Shown: one piece after another, positions 30,297 to 44,800 of the stretch | Numbering within the stretch: the stretch's first letter is position 1 | Layout: each line of letters starts with the position of its first letter | NCBI GenBank assembly: GCA_020137815.1 | Contig: CM035362.1 | Coordinates: 1,426,001 to 1,490,000, forward strand | Source: Hormiphora californensis | Taxonomy: Eukaryota > Animalia > Ctenophora | Direction of reading: 5' to 3' | DNA: 64,000 nt | The notes under the pieces: model-generated | Database searches by the model: none | Seen by the model: only the letters and a program-made list of their open reading frames with translations | What the model was told of the DNA's origin: nothing | Program-made: the position numbers and the translations under genes

Positions 30297-33200
30297 ATGG
30301 CACATGAAGGGGAGGAAGACCTGGTTACAATAACAGTTGACTGCAGTAGCAGTGGAGAAGATGATGGTGATGATGACAGTGATAGCCAGATTGTGATGTT
30401 TTCAGATGAAGATATGATTGCCTTCCCTGTTACCACTGTTCCAGGTATTATAATAACCTGGTTGGGACATAATAACATGGTTGTTTGGTTGGTAGTCAAC
30501 CACTCTCAAACTCATCATATGAAAAGGGCCATCATGGAAAGGGCCATCATGAAAAGGGCCACCTTTTATCTGATCATACAGCTTGTATACAACCAATTAG
30601 AGCCTGAGCATTGAGTTTGTATTTTACTAATAATTTACTAACGTGTTGGGCATAAAAAATGTCCCCCCTAGACTAGCATAGTTCCAGATATCGTAGAGCT
30701 CTAAAATTTTACACAGTTACTCTATGGGACAAATAAATAGGTTCCACAAAATTTAAAACTTTTAGCTCAAAGTTCATTTTTTTGATCGGAATGAACATTA
30801 TCACTTATTCCAAAAAACATGATTTTTCGGTCCAAAAGTTCAGTAATTGTCTTTGGCTCTCAATGTTCTTTCAAATGCGACCAAAAAAAGCCAAAACGGC
30901 CAACCACAAGGCACACAGTGGTCATGTTTCTGACTGTTAGTCAGGTCATGTGATCCCCACCGAATCGTGTAAGTTATTCTGAATTGCTAATCAGGATTAG
31001 TTGTGGAGAATCACGTATCACAGCCGCTAATGAGGGATGACGATGATGATTGGCCATGAGATCCGAAGCTCATTAACAAGTCACCTCTTTACCCAAGTGC
31101 TCCCGAATCACATGTCGCTTCTTCGATACACATCCCTCATTAGCGACTGTGATACGTGATTCTTCCCCACTAAGCCTGATTAGCAATTTACGATTCGGTG
31201 GGGATCACATGACCTGACTAACAGTCAGAAACATGACCACTGTGTGCCTTGTGGTTGTCCGTTTTGGCTTTTCTTGGTCGCATTTGAAAGAAAATTGAAA
31301 GCCAAAGACAATTGCTTGACTTTTGGACCTAAAAATCATGTTTTTTGGAATGAGTGATAATGTTCATTCCGATCAAAAAAATGAACTTTGAGTTTAAAGT
31401 CTGAAATTTTGTGGAACCTATTTATTTGTCCCATAGAGTTACTGTGTAAAATTTTAGAGCTCTACGATATCTGGAACTATGCTAGTCTAGGGGGGACATT
31501 TTTTATGCCCAACACGTTATAATACAGTTAGATCCAGCTCTACTAGAAATAAAGAAACCAAACTCTTTTCCAGGAAGTATCAAGCTGGGCGGAGTGAGCG
31601 TTATGGGGAATGGGCTCGTTAATCTGCAGCTAGATACGACTCTCCAGGGCAGGGACAGCGTTATTTGTAAGTGTAACTAATTACAGGCCCTGCAATTTAG
31701 GGAACTAATTGGGAAGTAAGTAATTATGTGTACTGGGATTGGGAAAGCAGCTGCGTGGACTCCGTTTTGGTTTGAACGGTGTGATCAATGATTATAGACT
31801 CTTATACATGATTACTAATCATGTTTGAGAGAGTGTACATATAACCAGCAGAAAACTGTCAGGTTGTGTTATGGAAATGTGAAACTTCCATGCTTTAGGG
31901 AATGATGAAGACGATGAAGATTCTGACAGCGAGATGACAATCTGTAAAAGTTGCAATGGAACAGGGAAGAAGTGGAGAAAACGGGACAGATGCTGGAAGT
32001 GTGTCCACCACTTTGAAAAAGAAGAAGCAGCTAACAACGAAACGGCTGATGATCAGAATGCTGCTGAAAACCAGGAATTACCCCCCACAACTGATGTAGA
32101 AGACACAAAACCAACAAACATTGTAACACCTGAGGATGGGCTAGTTTTGTTCGGGCATAAAATCCTCCCCGGGTGCTCGTATAAAGTATACGTTCCTGAT
32201 CTCATGACTGAGGTTACAGTTTCCGGGTCGCATCTTAGTCTCCATGGTAACACTCCCACGGTTACCATAGAAACGAACAAACACACTCTGACAAGTGTGG
32301 AGCCGGTGAGTGAACGAAGGGATCGGAACAAAAAGCCGCTGGTTGTTGGAGGGTTAGTGGTTGAGTGTGATAAACGGTACAGGGTGGTTTGTGAGGGGTT
32401 CGAAGCAGGTGTCATTGTCCGAGGGAGTGACTTGCGGGAATCCAGTACAGATGGTGGGTTCCTGGTGATAATTGATGGTCAAAGTTTGGGTGGAACAGAG
32501 ATAGTGCCACTTGATGAAGGAAATTTCAAGCTAAAGATAACGACACGATCACATTCCAAGTCAAACAACTCTGCCACCTCAACAACGTCTTCAGATCCAT
32601 CTACTATAGAAACAGGTGAGAAGTCCCATAGTTCGATTATATCATCTCCATCTGATTCTTGTTGTTTTCTTTGTAACATTAATAGTTCTCATCTCATCTC
32701 ACTCTTCTCCTACAGTGACGTCAACCAAGCCTCCATCTGTGACACCCGCGAGGAGAGCTAAATCACCAATACAACTGAAACCCGTTACCCCTGGTTACCA
32801 AGGCAACAACTCACCAATACAACTGAAACCCGTTACCCCTGGTTACCAAGGCAGCAGCTCACCAATACCCGAGGGTGAGCCAGACTGGTATTTATGTGGC
32901 AGACAGGGAGGTAAACACCGTTCCCAAATCTATGATCGGATCTGCAACACCCCAGAGGACACCGAGTGTAGAGTTTGTAAGATGGCCCTGCGGTTTGGAG
33001 GGTGTATGGATTGCGCCCTGATTGCCCGGGCCATCCAACATCCCCCACCAAAAGTATACGGAGGATTCCTGCTTAACCCGATCAGAAGTTACCTCATTTT
33101 AGTACCCGCTCTGAACCGGGAGTTGTCAGTCATGGGCCTGGATCTGCGGCCGAATCCATTCGATGCGACACCCGTCAACCCTGAATCAGTTCTGATTTTA

Positions 33201-34467
33201 TCCAATAAAAGAGTGTTTGTTGGCACCACAATTCGTCTGGAAAGAGCAGGCAGTACTCCAGGTCAGGGCCCTATGACTCCAGTGGGTAGTAAAGTTGGGG
33301 AGGACAATACATCGGATAATGTTGGTAGTAGTTGGGGAGATGGAGGGGGTGGGAGGACCACTGCGGGGCTAATTTCAACATCGGGTGGCCGGGTGTCACC
33401 AACTTCAAGAAACACTGATCAGGTGACACCTGGAGAAGGTCACATGACACCTGCAGCACCAAGTCACATGACACCTGCAGGTGATGGTGACACAATTAGA
33501 GCCATGACACCCCGTGCAGCGCCCCCACCTGGCGGGAAACGATTCTTTATCTGTGGTCATCTTCACAGCGAGGCATGTGAGCATGGTAACCATGGCACCA
33601 GTGGTAACCATGGTAACGATGGCAACAGTGGTAACGATGGCAACGATGGAAACAAGATGGTGAGATGGGGTAGTGGAGTAAGGGGAGCTGGGGAGGATGA
33701 AGGTGGATTGAAAGGTTATTGCAGTCGCAGGATACCTACACCTGCCTTTCTCTCTAACACTAAGGTATTTAATATTAAATTAGGAACACTAAGGAACTGT
33801 TGTTCCACCCTATAGAAATTCAATATGAGTTTCAAACTTTTCTTGACCCGTCTTCACTAGGGTTGTGTATACGTAGATACGCTCATTCAAAGTTAACGAA
33901 CCCTACAAAAAACACACAATAGAAGGTCATCATCATCATGATCATCATCTGATGATGACCTATTTTGTATGATTCATCATCCCCCATTCCCTCCCCATCC
34001 CTCAAACCATGGTGTCTCTCCCCTCAAACACCAGGCAAAGGACAATGATGACGATGATGACGATATTTCCCTGAATCTGGATCTCAGCACCGCCTCGACC
34101 GTAGCAGACATATCACGTGACAGTGCTGGCATGCCCATACCTGCCCCGGATCGAGAGGTTTAACATCAGGATACATACCTCATATAGTGCAGATGCAGAT
34201 CTCTTGATATCCTTCTCATGTAAACACGGCACCCCTTGCTGCTAATCAGTTTCATTGAAAAAACAGCTGGTCTTTCCTTTAAAAACCTTAAATTTTATCT
34301 GAGCTTATGAATTCGTTCTGAGCGCACTGTCGAGAATCAAATGGGGTATGGCGCCGCCATACAATCCAACTTAAATGATGTCATTCCAGGTGTTGGTGAT
34401 TTGCGGACATATCCACACGGCATCCTGCTACACCGTCAGACGAATTGAAATGAGAACTCTTTACTGA
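30297..34467 (+). CDS. Unrecognised ~700-aa protein, 6 exons (approx. 30297-30444, 31575-31666, 31899-32615, 32716-33659, 34035-34157, 34390-34467)
   Basis: All five GT-AG junctions are phase-compatible and link the long ORFs 31934-32761 and 32616-33815. The product has acidic tracts, Cys clusters, two ICGHxHxxxC motifs and three copies of a 32-aa repeat. Confidence 0.7.
30639..31519. mobile_element. ~880 bp almost fully palindromic MITE with TA ends (Tc1/mariner-like), in intron 1 of the unknown gene
   Basis: taacgtgttgggcataaaaaatgtcccccctagac... mirrored by ...gtctaggggggacattttttatgcccaacacgtta. Confidence 0.9.
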
Positions 34468-35881
34468 CTACAGTTCATGTGCTCTGACTGATCAGCTTTG
34501 TGAAGATTACAAAACTCAATGTATTGGATCGAAGTTTTATAAACTAGAATTGTAGTACTGTTTCAAAATGCAAACTACGTATAAAAGGGGGCTGAGGGGT
34601 TTTGTTCTTTGCCCAAAATGATTTCAATGTTTCTGTTACTTGAAATTTCTCCGTTTTATCTTTTTGAAAAAAAAACCGGAACTGTTTCATGAGTCTGATT
34701 GAAAATAGGGCACTGTGACACAGCTTATTATCCTTGGAACTGCTCAGGCTACTGCAGTAGTAAATAATGCAATGCTGCACATGTTGGTAAATGGGTTAGA
34801 ACATGGAGGTGTATTTGAGTCGCCTGACACCGTGTAAAAAGAAAGTATGAACAATTCAAGGGTGTGTGTGTGACACTATAAATCCAATAAAAAATGAACT
34901 TGGCGGAATGGGTTAAACGGAGCTCCTTTTTCAGAAAGGGAGAGAAAAGGTTCGATTCTAGTAGCATAGGGTGAAAAGGGCGAGAGCTAGCAAAAATGTG
35001 TGGTAATTATATATTTTTTCTTATCTGTTTATCGCATAAGTTATATAGGTATGTATAGCATAAAATACCACCATGGGCAGTACAATAATTATCATCCTGT
35101 GACCTGTTTGTTTACTGCTATATAGCATAACTCAATAAGTTGCTACGCTTTGTACCGATTCATTTCCAACAACTTTAATCGTGAATACCACATACCACAT
35201 CTTTAGCCGCACTACAGGCACCACATCTTTAGCCGCACTACAGGCACTGCCCTGTCAGAGCATTGGCCTGACCCATTCTCGTTTCTCTCAAGCGTGCGAG
35301 AACTGTGGTCAGAGCATTGGCCTGACAGGCACTGCCTATACCACTGTCCACTATGACACTATACGTGCATTCAATGGACTCCACTGTGGTACAAATTCGA
35401 CACGATTCAATAAACTAGAAATGCATATAATATGGCAGAACCAATTTCCCAGTACGTTTATTTAGGATCAGCAGTCATTATTATCAGCACCCAACCAGAA
35501 CAGCACCCAACCAGATTCTTTTCCCCGTCGTCTGATGATCATGTCAGTAAACCATTCGTAACGCGGAAACAAACCTTACCATGTGCTTACTGACGCATTG
35601 CTCCGTGAAGAGATAGATGGTGGTAGAAATACAGGGTAAAAGAGAGGGAGGGAGGGAGAGAGAGAGAGAGAGAGAGAAGAAAGGTGCACGTTGTTTCTAT
35701 CGGCGGGTGCAACAGCTCAGACCAATGACAGTGCCCTTCCGGTTGTGCTTAGAAAAACACACTCCACACCTCTCGTCACCCCATCTCTCTCTCATTCTAA
35801 CTCTAAAACTCCCTCATTCTCTCTGGTGCACATCAGGAGCTGCGTGTTTATTTTTTCTCAGCTTCAGTTCAAGCTGCTGCG

Positions 35882-38800
35882 ATGTTGCTTTTGTGTGTCT
35901 TATCAGCCGCTCTCCTGGGTATAACCGCAGCCCAGTCAGGTAAATAATTGGGAAGCATTTAATTATTTTAGATAAGAAACCAATTTAGAGTTAGTTAATT
36001 TCAATTGGATCGTTCCATGACTAAACGCTTTATCACTTTTTTCAACATCTTAGGCCGGGTCCAGACGAGTAGTAGGTAGCTACTATGGTAGGCTACTATG
36101 GTAGATATCTACCACAGCTACCACTCGTCTGTACACCTATATCTTCCATAAGCTACTATGGTAGGCGGTTATAGGTCGAGGTATAACCGCCTACTATAGT
36201 AGCTTACCATGGTAGGCTACTATAGTAGGTGGTCACTCGTCTGTTCACCCTCTGACCGCCTACCATTGTAACTTGTCACATCTGTAACTGTGGGGCATAA
36301 GAAACTTGATACCCCCGATGATTACAGAAGTATCATGGTAGATGTGTCAGAGGGTGGCCAGACGAGTGGTAGCTAGCCTACCATAGTAGCTTTGTTACCA
36401 CTCGTCTGGTCAGTTCCCAGCTACTATGGTAGCTTACCATAGTAGCCTACCATAGTAGCTACCTACCACTCGTCTGGACCCGGCCTTAATTATATCTTTG
36501 ATCTTGACATGTCGGAAGAGTGGGCAGAGAGTATATGCTCATCTAGGAGCTCGAGCTTTCTTTAGTGGTAGATCAGACTTGCTCGACCCTCTTTACAAAT
36601 GTAAAGGAGGGTTTATAGAACCAGCCAATGGATCAGACCCTCACCACAACCCCCCCCCCCCCCCCCAGATTGTTACAATGTGACAGATGCCGATAAGGGA
36701 AAGATTAACTACACTGGAGAAACTTACAAAACTAAATCTGGTCGGATATGTCAGCGATGGGACAGCCAAAGTCCCCATCCCCACAAAAAAGTACCCGAGA
36801 TGTTCCCCAACAAAGGTGAGATGATCAACTTTTAAATTTTCATTCCCCATTGAACATGATCTATCATCAAAATGCCATTGTCGAAAAGTTCTTTTATTTG
36901 CAAAAACGTTTCGTTCAATTCTCGAACTAGAGCCTTTCGAATTTGAGAGAGAACTAAAATGCCTTTAACTTATGATTTCTCAAACTCAAAGAAAACTTTA
37001 AGATTCGAGACAAAACATTCTGCCTCAAAAACTTTATCAATATAATTTCAGATTTGAGAGAGAATTACTGTCGGGACCCGGACAACTTTGGCTACCCATG
37101 GTGCTTTACCACCGACCCTGAGAAAAAGAGGGAAAGGTGTGATATTCCCAACTGTGCTGACGCGGCTAACACCCAAGCTGATGCCCCAACAGGTAAACAG
37201 TGCTGCTTGTAGTCAAATTACTGTAATGAAAATACAGTAAGGAGACGCGCACGGTGCATAACGCGCGGCAAAAAGTTCATGTGTCAGCATGTACTAGCGC
37301 CCTGATTGGTCACGGTTGCGTGTCGTCTTACTGTATCTTCGTTTTCCATTACCGTTTTCCCACTACTGCAAGCGACCGTGAAACTGTTCCACAGCTCAAA
37401 CGAATTGGTGATGGGGCCAGTATAGTTTCGGCCCGGTTGGTCTAAGCAATTTCTAAGCCATAAATGTCCAAATTCAAGGTTAAAGCAGTAGCCGGTACTT
37501 AGGTATATATCCATTATCCCTCACCCAGCATGCCTTGGGGTCTGCAGAAGATTAATTTACCAATCATCAACAGCTGTTTGACTCACCATGAGAAAATTAC
37601 TAAAATTTAAAATTTAAGTTTTAAAATTTAATCTCTCCTTGGCAACCAGATTGTTTCAAAGCTATCCCCATGTCTGATGGGAAGGTGGTCATTAGCTACG
37701 GTGGATCTGTCAACACGACAGTCAGGGAGATTCCCTGTCAGAAGTGGACCGTCACTGAACCTCAACTGCACGATAGGACCCCTGAAAAGTTCCCCGGGAA
37801 AGGTACATTTCAATTTTAGACTTAATTTATTTGTGAACACTTGAACTTGCTCATTAAGACGTTCAAGTTCTTAAGTGATGCTTGGTCGGTTTTTAACAAT
37901 TAACATGTCTCCCCCTGATACCCTCTCTAGTCTCTAGTACATCTCTCATCATGTCTCCCTGCTCTCCCTGCTCTCCCTGCTCTCATCATGTCTATCCTTA
38001 CTCCCCATCATCTCCTCTCCCCATACTATCCCCACCTCTCCTCTCCCCATCATCTCATACTCTCAGGTCTGGGTGATCACAACTATTGCCGGGATCCCGA
38101 TAATACTGGATATCCCTGGTGTTACACCACAGATGAGGGGGTCCGGTGGGAGGGATGCTCCATCCCCAACTGTGATGGTGAGTTTCAACTCATTAGAATG
38201 TGAGACGGACCCCGATTTACCGGGGGTGTTCGGGGTATGGGTTCTGCCTGGTATATTGGGGTCCGCCTGTATTTTAAATGGGCCATTAAAACACTAAATG
38301 CAGGACGGCCGGCCAGATCGGGTAGGGACATATTAGTACTAATAGTATCATAATAGAGGGGTTGTAATAGAAGACAAATAAAAACTAATGGTTGCATATT
38401 TTTCAGATCCTGACCGATTCAGTAAGTCATTACGTTTCGTAAGTACAACTTTATTTTTCGTCAGTTTATCAGTCTGTCTGTCAGCCAGTCTATATATCGG
38501 TAGAAAAGTATAGTTGTCTCAACGCTATACTACCTTTTATTTGGCAGCTGATAGATCAGTTTGTAGACCGAAGAGGTATTTTAGTGAATCGTCTTGCTCC
38601 GGGACTGTAGACAACAGGTCCTTTGGTAGTGTATTTTACACATCCTCTACACTTACAGTGCCCCGTGGTCTTCCCACACCAGCCCAGCTTAGAACAACAA
38701 ACATAACCCTGCAAGTAGGAGTAGGGAGTGTGTAAATGAGACAATATAGGAAATGAGTGGGCTTGCTTGACCACAGAGGGGTGCGAGGTGACCAAAGAAA

Positions 38801-41800
38801 TGAATTGCCGAAAGAAATGAAATGCCTTGCTCGACCCCCTCTCACCACGCCCGTTTGAAGAAAACAAGAAATATGTGAACGGTGTATCAAATGACATTAT
38901 CTAAGGCTCAGTGACTGCAATGCCCACCCTTGGGCAACTTTGGTAGCATATGGCCCGTGTACCCGAGTGCCACTCCTCAAAAAGTACCTACCCTTGGGTT
39001 ACTGGGATTGCATTGGGCTGGTCTTCCACTGGGAAGTTTATACCGAACCCCACATCTCAAGTCCTTCCTCCAGCGTGCTGTATAGTCAACACAGTCATTG
39101 CAGAGGCAGTGCTTGGGTAACCCTCCACACCACCCCAGATCACTGCAACACGACTTGCCTAGTGGGATCGGGGTTATACTATGATGGGTAGTTGCCAAGA
39201 TTGAATGCCCATATAAGGATTGAATGCCCATATAAGGATTGAATGCTCATATAAGGATTGAATGCTCATATAAGGATAGAATGCTCATATAAGGATTGAA
39301 TGCCCATATAAGGATTAAATGCCCATATAAGGATTGAATGCTCATATAAGGATAGAATGCTCATATAAGGATTGAATGCTCATATAAGGATTGAATGCCC
39401 ATATAAGGATTAAATGCCCATATAAGGATTGAATGCCCATATATGGAGTGTTGTACCTTTAGGGTGATGTGGATCACACTCTGCGGGGTGTCCGTTGGGC
39501 AGGCTATACTCGTCCCCACACCTTCCATCTTTCCTCCATGTTGCAACGTAGTTCACACACTTCTTACACTGAAGATATAATACACGAGTCAAGATGTATC
39601 AAATAGGTCTGAATAATGAGATCTGAGCTACTTTTTTAAGTGCGGGCATCATGTCAGGCGACTCTTCTTCTTCTTCTCCAAAAACATGCACATGAATTCC
39701 ATTTCATTGTAACTTTCCAAGCAACTTCCAGTCATGAAAGGGAACTAATTGTAAAGCTCCAAGTGTAGTACCTTACAATGATTTTCAGTTTTCCCACAGT
39801 GACCATCCTCTGAACAGCACGTGTGGCCCTTGGGGTGATGGGGGTCGCACTCTGCAGGCCGTCCATTTGACAACTTGAACTTTACCCCGCACCTTCCGTC
39901 CTCTCGCCACCACACCGTCAGCGACTTACGGTCTAAAGAAAGGGAGGGTGTGTGGCGGTTAGAGCATTGCAGGTTGATCCAGGACTCATTTATTTCAAGT
40001 AAGCTAACGCACGAGAACCGCGGTCAGAGCAGCTTGGCCTGACGGGTATTTGCAGTAGGCCATCAAACAACATATTCAGAGAGAAACCAAGACCAACAAC
40101 TATACATCTGCGACACCGGGGGACAACAAAATAACCGTCTCTCACCATCATTAGCCACACTGGATTCATCTTCACTTTCAGTTTCACTATCAACCACAGC
40201 CCTCGTTGAATCACCCTCTGCATCATCATCTGATTCTGATTTCTGCCGCTCTACAGCAGCTGGATCAGTTGTCATGACGACGGTTACCATGACAACTACC
40301 ATGACAACAACTACCTTCATGGTGTACAATAACAAGAGAGCTGCTAGGTACTACAATACAAAGTATACATTGAAGGGGAACACTGAATGAGAAAGCTTAG
40401 TATGCAACTGACATTCTTCAGGGCCGGTGCGATCAGAGTAATTTCTGTTTACCCTTCAATAAATCATTAAAAGCCACCTTCAGTTGTTATATTTAACAGG
40501 TTGCTATGGCAACTAAACATTGTTTTTCATCTCAGTGTGTCGAGATCCTGAGACCAGTGCCATGTATGCAGTAGGTGACACTTGGACCAAGGCATCAGAT
40601 AACTGCGTCCAGTGCGAGTGTTTCGAAGGACGTAAGTAGTTGCTCATGAAATCTCTCCATTGCTAATAATTTGGAGAAAGAACAGCCCTTTGTTATCTTT
40701 CTGGTTGTAGAATGTAGGCATTGAGGAACCTAACTCCCTTTATCTACATATTATGTTTTTTAAAGGAGCAGAAGTTGTAACTGCAGTTATTTCTGATGAT
40801 TCGTAAGAAACTTTGGGTAAACAATTAAACATCTAGTTTTGACACGCCCTTTCTTCCTTTCTCTGTAGTATTCATGTAAATAATATTGTACTGACATATA
40901 TTCTATTTGAACCGGTACCCTTCGCAAAAAAGCAATTTCTCTGTAGGTGTTGTCGACTGTTTCTCTCTTGAGTGTGGAGCATTGGATTGTGATGAAGAGA
41001 GTGTTCGATACCTCACCAACCAATGCTGTCCAGTCTGTAAGTTTCAAACTACTGATCTCTTCCAAGAAAGTCCATTGACTAGATATTAGATAATTGAATC
41101 GCCCAATTAACTAACTAATTAAATCACCAGGTGATGAGGAATGCATGGATAGCAGGAATGGTTACATCTACTCCATCGGAGACAACTGGAGTCCTGACCC
41201 TTGTCAGGATTGTACCTGTACCGCTGGAGACAACGGAGATAAATTCGAGGCTTGTGCCACATTGGATTGTGCAATGCTGGAGGAGGGGTGTGAACCCATG
41301 TACCGGCCCGGTGAATGCTGTCCCATCTGTAAGTATGCCACGTGTTGACTGTTGCCCATATATGGTGTTGTGTCACGTGGCTTTTCCCGGGGGGATCGCT
41401 GTCATGTTACGATGACAACCAATTATCAGTAGCGATAGAATTTGTGTGAATCTCCATGAGTTTAGTGGCACAAACAATTATTTCAGCAACACCACTTATA
41501 TAACTTGCTAAAATCTCTCTCCCTCACCAGGTAACGAGGACTGCCTTAAAGATGACTCGGGTGACTTGAAGATGTACTACGCTGTAAACGATACCTGGTC
41601 CCCCGATGCCTGTACCGATTGTACTTGCATTGATTTCGGTAAGATTTAATTTCATTATTTCTTGGTCATTGCCTAGTCCCCCAAAGTTTTTCTAAAGTTA
41701 ATTGGCGGTGCTGGCATCACTAAGTGATTGGCCCCCGTGTTTAGACTGTATAGGCTCCCCAATTGCAGGGGTTCACGCCTATGACTTGACCGCTCTTACC

Positions 41801-44800
41801 GTATCAAATCAAATCAAGGTTTAGCTCCTTGATCCTTTTCAAATCATTTAAAATCAAGGATTTAACCTCCTCTTTTCCAGGTGGCCAAAAGATGGAGATG
41901 TGTGCCCAGCAATATTGTGAAGTGCCCACTCATTGCTATAACCTCACATACTCGGACGACAGATGTTGCCCCTACTGCGGTGATTCACCATATGATGGTG
42001 AGTAATACTCAGACTTCTGTTGTCTCATATGAGACCCTCCTCGCGTAGCCTCGGTTGCGCGGTGTACAGTCAGTGTAGGACAAGACTTCTGAAACAATTC
42101 CTACGATGATATAGAATTGTCTTTTCATATATGTCTAACCATATTGTATCAGGTCTGTCTGGCGCCGCAGACCCCATCTGAGCGCACTATTTGAGAATCA
42201 AATCGGGGTGTCCCTGAACGTGGTGTATCACGTGGGATGTACTAAACACTTGTAATGTTCTAACCCAGAATCCTCCTTTACAATTGCGTGGGAAACAGGT
42301 AGTCAACTAAACAAGGCAACTAAACAAGCACTGTGTTATTTCAGAATGCTTCGATTACACGGTGAACAACACTATCCTGTACGATGGCACAGCTAGCAAG
42401 ACAAAAAGCGGGAGGACATGTCAAAACTGGGGACTACAGTGGCCCAACACGCACACCCGAACACCCGACAATTATCCTGAGGTTAGTTGAGAGAGATAAC
42501 AAACAATACCATATAAGGGCATCACGTGACACAAACAATACCATATAAGGGCATCACGTGACACAAACAATACCATATAAGGGCATCACGTGACACAAAC
42601 AATACCATATAAGGGCATCACGTGACACAAACAATACCATATAAGGACATCACCTGACACAAACAATACCATATAAGGACATCACGTGACACAGACAATA
42701 CCATATAAGGGCATCACGTGACACAAACAATACCATATAAGGACATCACGTGACACAAACAATACCATATAAGGGCATCACGTGACACAAACAATACCAT
42801 ATAAGGACATCACGTGACACAAACAATACCATATAAGGGCATCACGTGACACAAACAATACCATATAAGGACATCACGTTACACACCTCTTCACAGGGTC
42901 TCCTTGGTTTCCACAACTACTGCCGTGATCCCGACAACTCTGGGTATCTCTGGTGTTATGTTGATGATGTAGAGTCTGATGATAGATGGGAGGAATGTGA
43001 CGTCAAGGCTTGCAGAGAGATTGGTAAGTTGAGCCCTGGTAGTTAAACCACTCTCTCTTCCCTGCACAGTGTCCAGTTAACCCCCTCCCTCCCCAGTTAA
43101 TCGCCTCTCTCTCCCATGTCCAGACTCCAGTTAACCCCTCCCCCTCCCCATCCCCAATTAGCCCACTCTCCCTCCCCATCTCCAGTTAACCCCTCTCCCT
43201 CCCCTGCACAGTTAACCCACTCTCCCTCCCCTGCACAGTTAACCCCTATCCCTCCCCAGTTAACCCCCACAACTGGGACGAGGACGAAGCTGAGGTGTTA
43301 AACGAATCAATATGTGTGAATGAGGGCGTTCAGATCGGATGTGAAAATGACAAGAGACTGGTACGTGATTATTACAAAACTCTGTACTGCTACACAGTGT
43401 TACTGTACTCTGTACTGTTAAAAAGTGTTACGTGTCATCCCCCCTATAATAAAACAACACGGATATGGTATCCAAATTAACTTACTTTGTGAAACGACCT
43501 CACATACTCTACTGCCCAATACAAGACCACACATTGACAAGAGCTGTGATTTCAATTTAACTCCCCCCACAGTAACCACAAAAACCATGGTAACCCCCCC
43601 TCCACAGTTCATTGTTTCGGCCAACTTTGGGGCGACTGAGGAGCAGAGGTGTTTCGACTACAACAGTACCACCGACTACTGTGATAACACAGCTGACACA
43701 ACTGGTAAACAAGCCTGTAAAACTACCCCCCACCCCCCCCCCGAGAACTACTATTTGAAGAGGGGAGGGATAAATATGTTGTTACACAAGAACCCTTATC
43801 ATAAACCGAATACCAATATAACATTGTTATATCCCCACTCCAGCGACCATCAAGGACAACTGTGACGGAAAGAGCTATTGTGAGCTAATTCCCTCCCGGC
43901 TCCAGTACAATGTTGGAGACTGCCAAGGATCAAACTTCTACCTGAATCTCACGTTCTACTGCAAACCAGACATCATGTGTTACTCGAAGGAGGGACGGTA
44001 AGCAGAGGAACCGACCGAAACAGGAAATACTGGTCCCTGATTGGCTGATAACCAGTCACGTGACCTAAATAACGAGTTGTGATTTGTTGTTGACTTGTGT
44101 CGGTCGGTTCCTGGAAAACATATTCCGCAACAAACTGCTTCCAAAGATGTAAAAACATTCTGGATCTATAACATTACTTCGGCCTGGTTTGGGGAGGGCA
44201 GTCTTTTATGAGATTACCATCACCAAACTATACATTTCAATCCGTATTGTACCGATCTAATCATCTAATCAGGTTCGCTAACTACAATGGGACAAGGAGT
44301 GAGACCAAGAGTGGTAGGAAGTGCATGAGATGGAACCAACAGAGGCCCCACGGACACTACTTTATCCCTGAGGAGTTCAGCGACCGAGGTGAATATCTTA
44401 ATTAGTCAACTAATTAGATAATTAATTGGCCAATTAATTAGTTAATTAGTCAATTACATTGTTAGTTTGTTCAGGTTTTGAATTATCGGGGTGTCAGGTA
44501 GATTGTAAACCCCCCCCCCTCTTGAGCAGGTATCGGCGAGCACAACTACTGCCGATTGTAACCCCCCCCCTCTCTCGTGCAGGTATCGGTGAGCACAACT
44601 ACTGCCGAGATCCGGATGGCGAAGGCCGACCCTGGTGTTACACCATGGACGAGGAGAAGCGATGGGAGTTCTGCGGTGTACCTCAATGTGAAGGTAAGGG
44701 TCACGTGACAATGCCCATATATAATGCCCATATATGGGCATGTTGCGTAACACTATGGCTGTGAGTGAAGGAACGGTTCAAGCTCACTCAGGCTCGGGAA

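Noticed and set aside
30106-35330. Inverted motif gtcaggccaatgctctga / tcagagcattggcctgac bracketing the orphan gene as a giant transposon
   Set aside because: The motif is short, occurs twice on each side and again near 40022, and has no TSD; more likely a dispersed repeat.
43973-44158. Recurrent peptide [30 protein letters not shown] (also ~50.2, 58.5, 63.2 kb)
   Set aside because: Translation of the 110-bp hAT-like MITE, not a protein domain.
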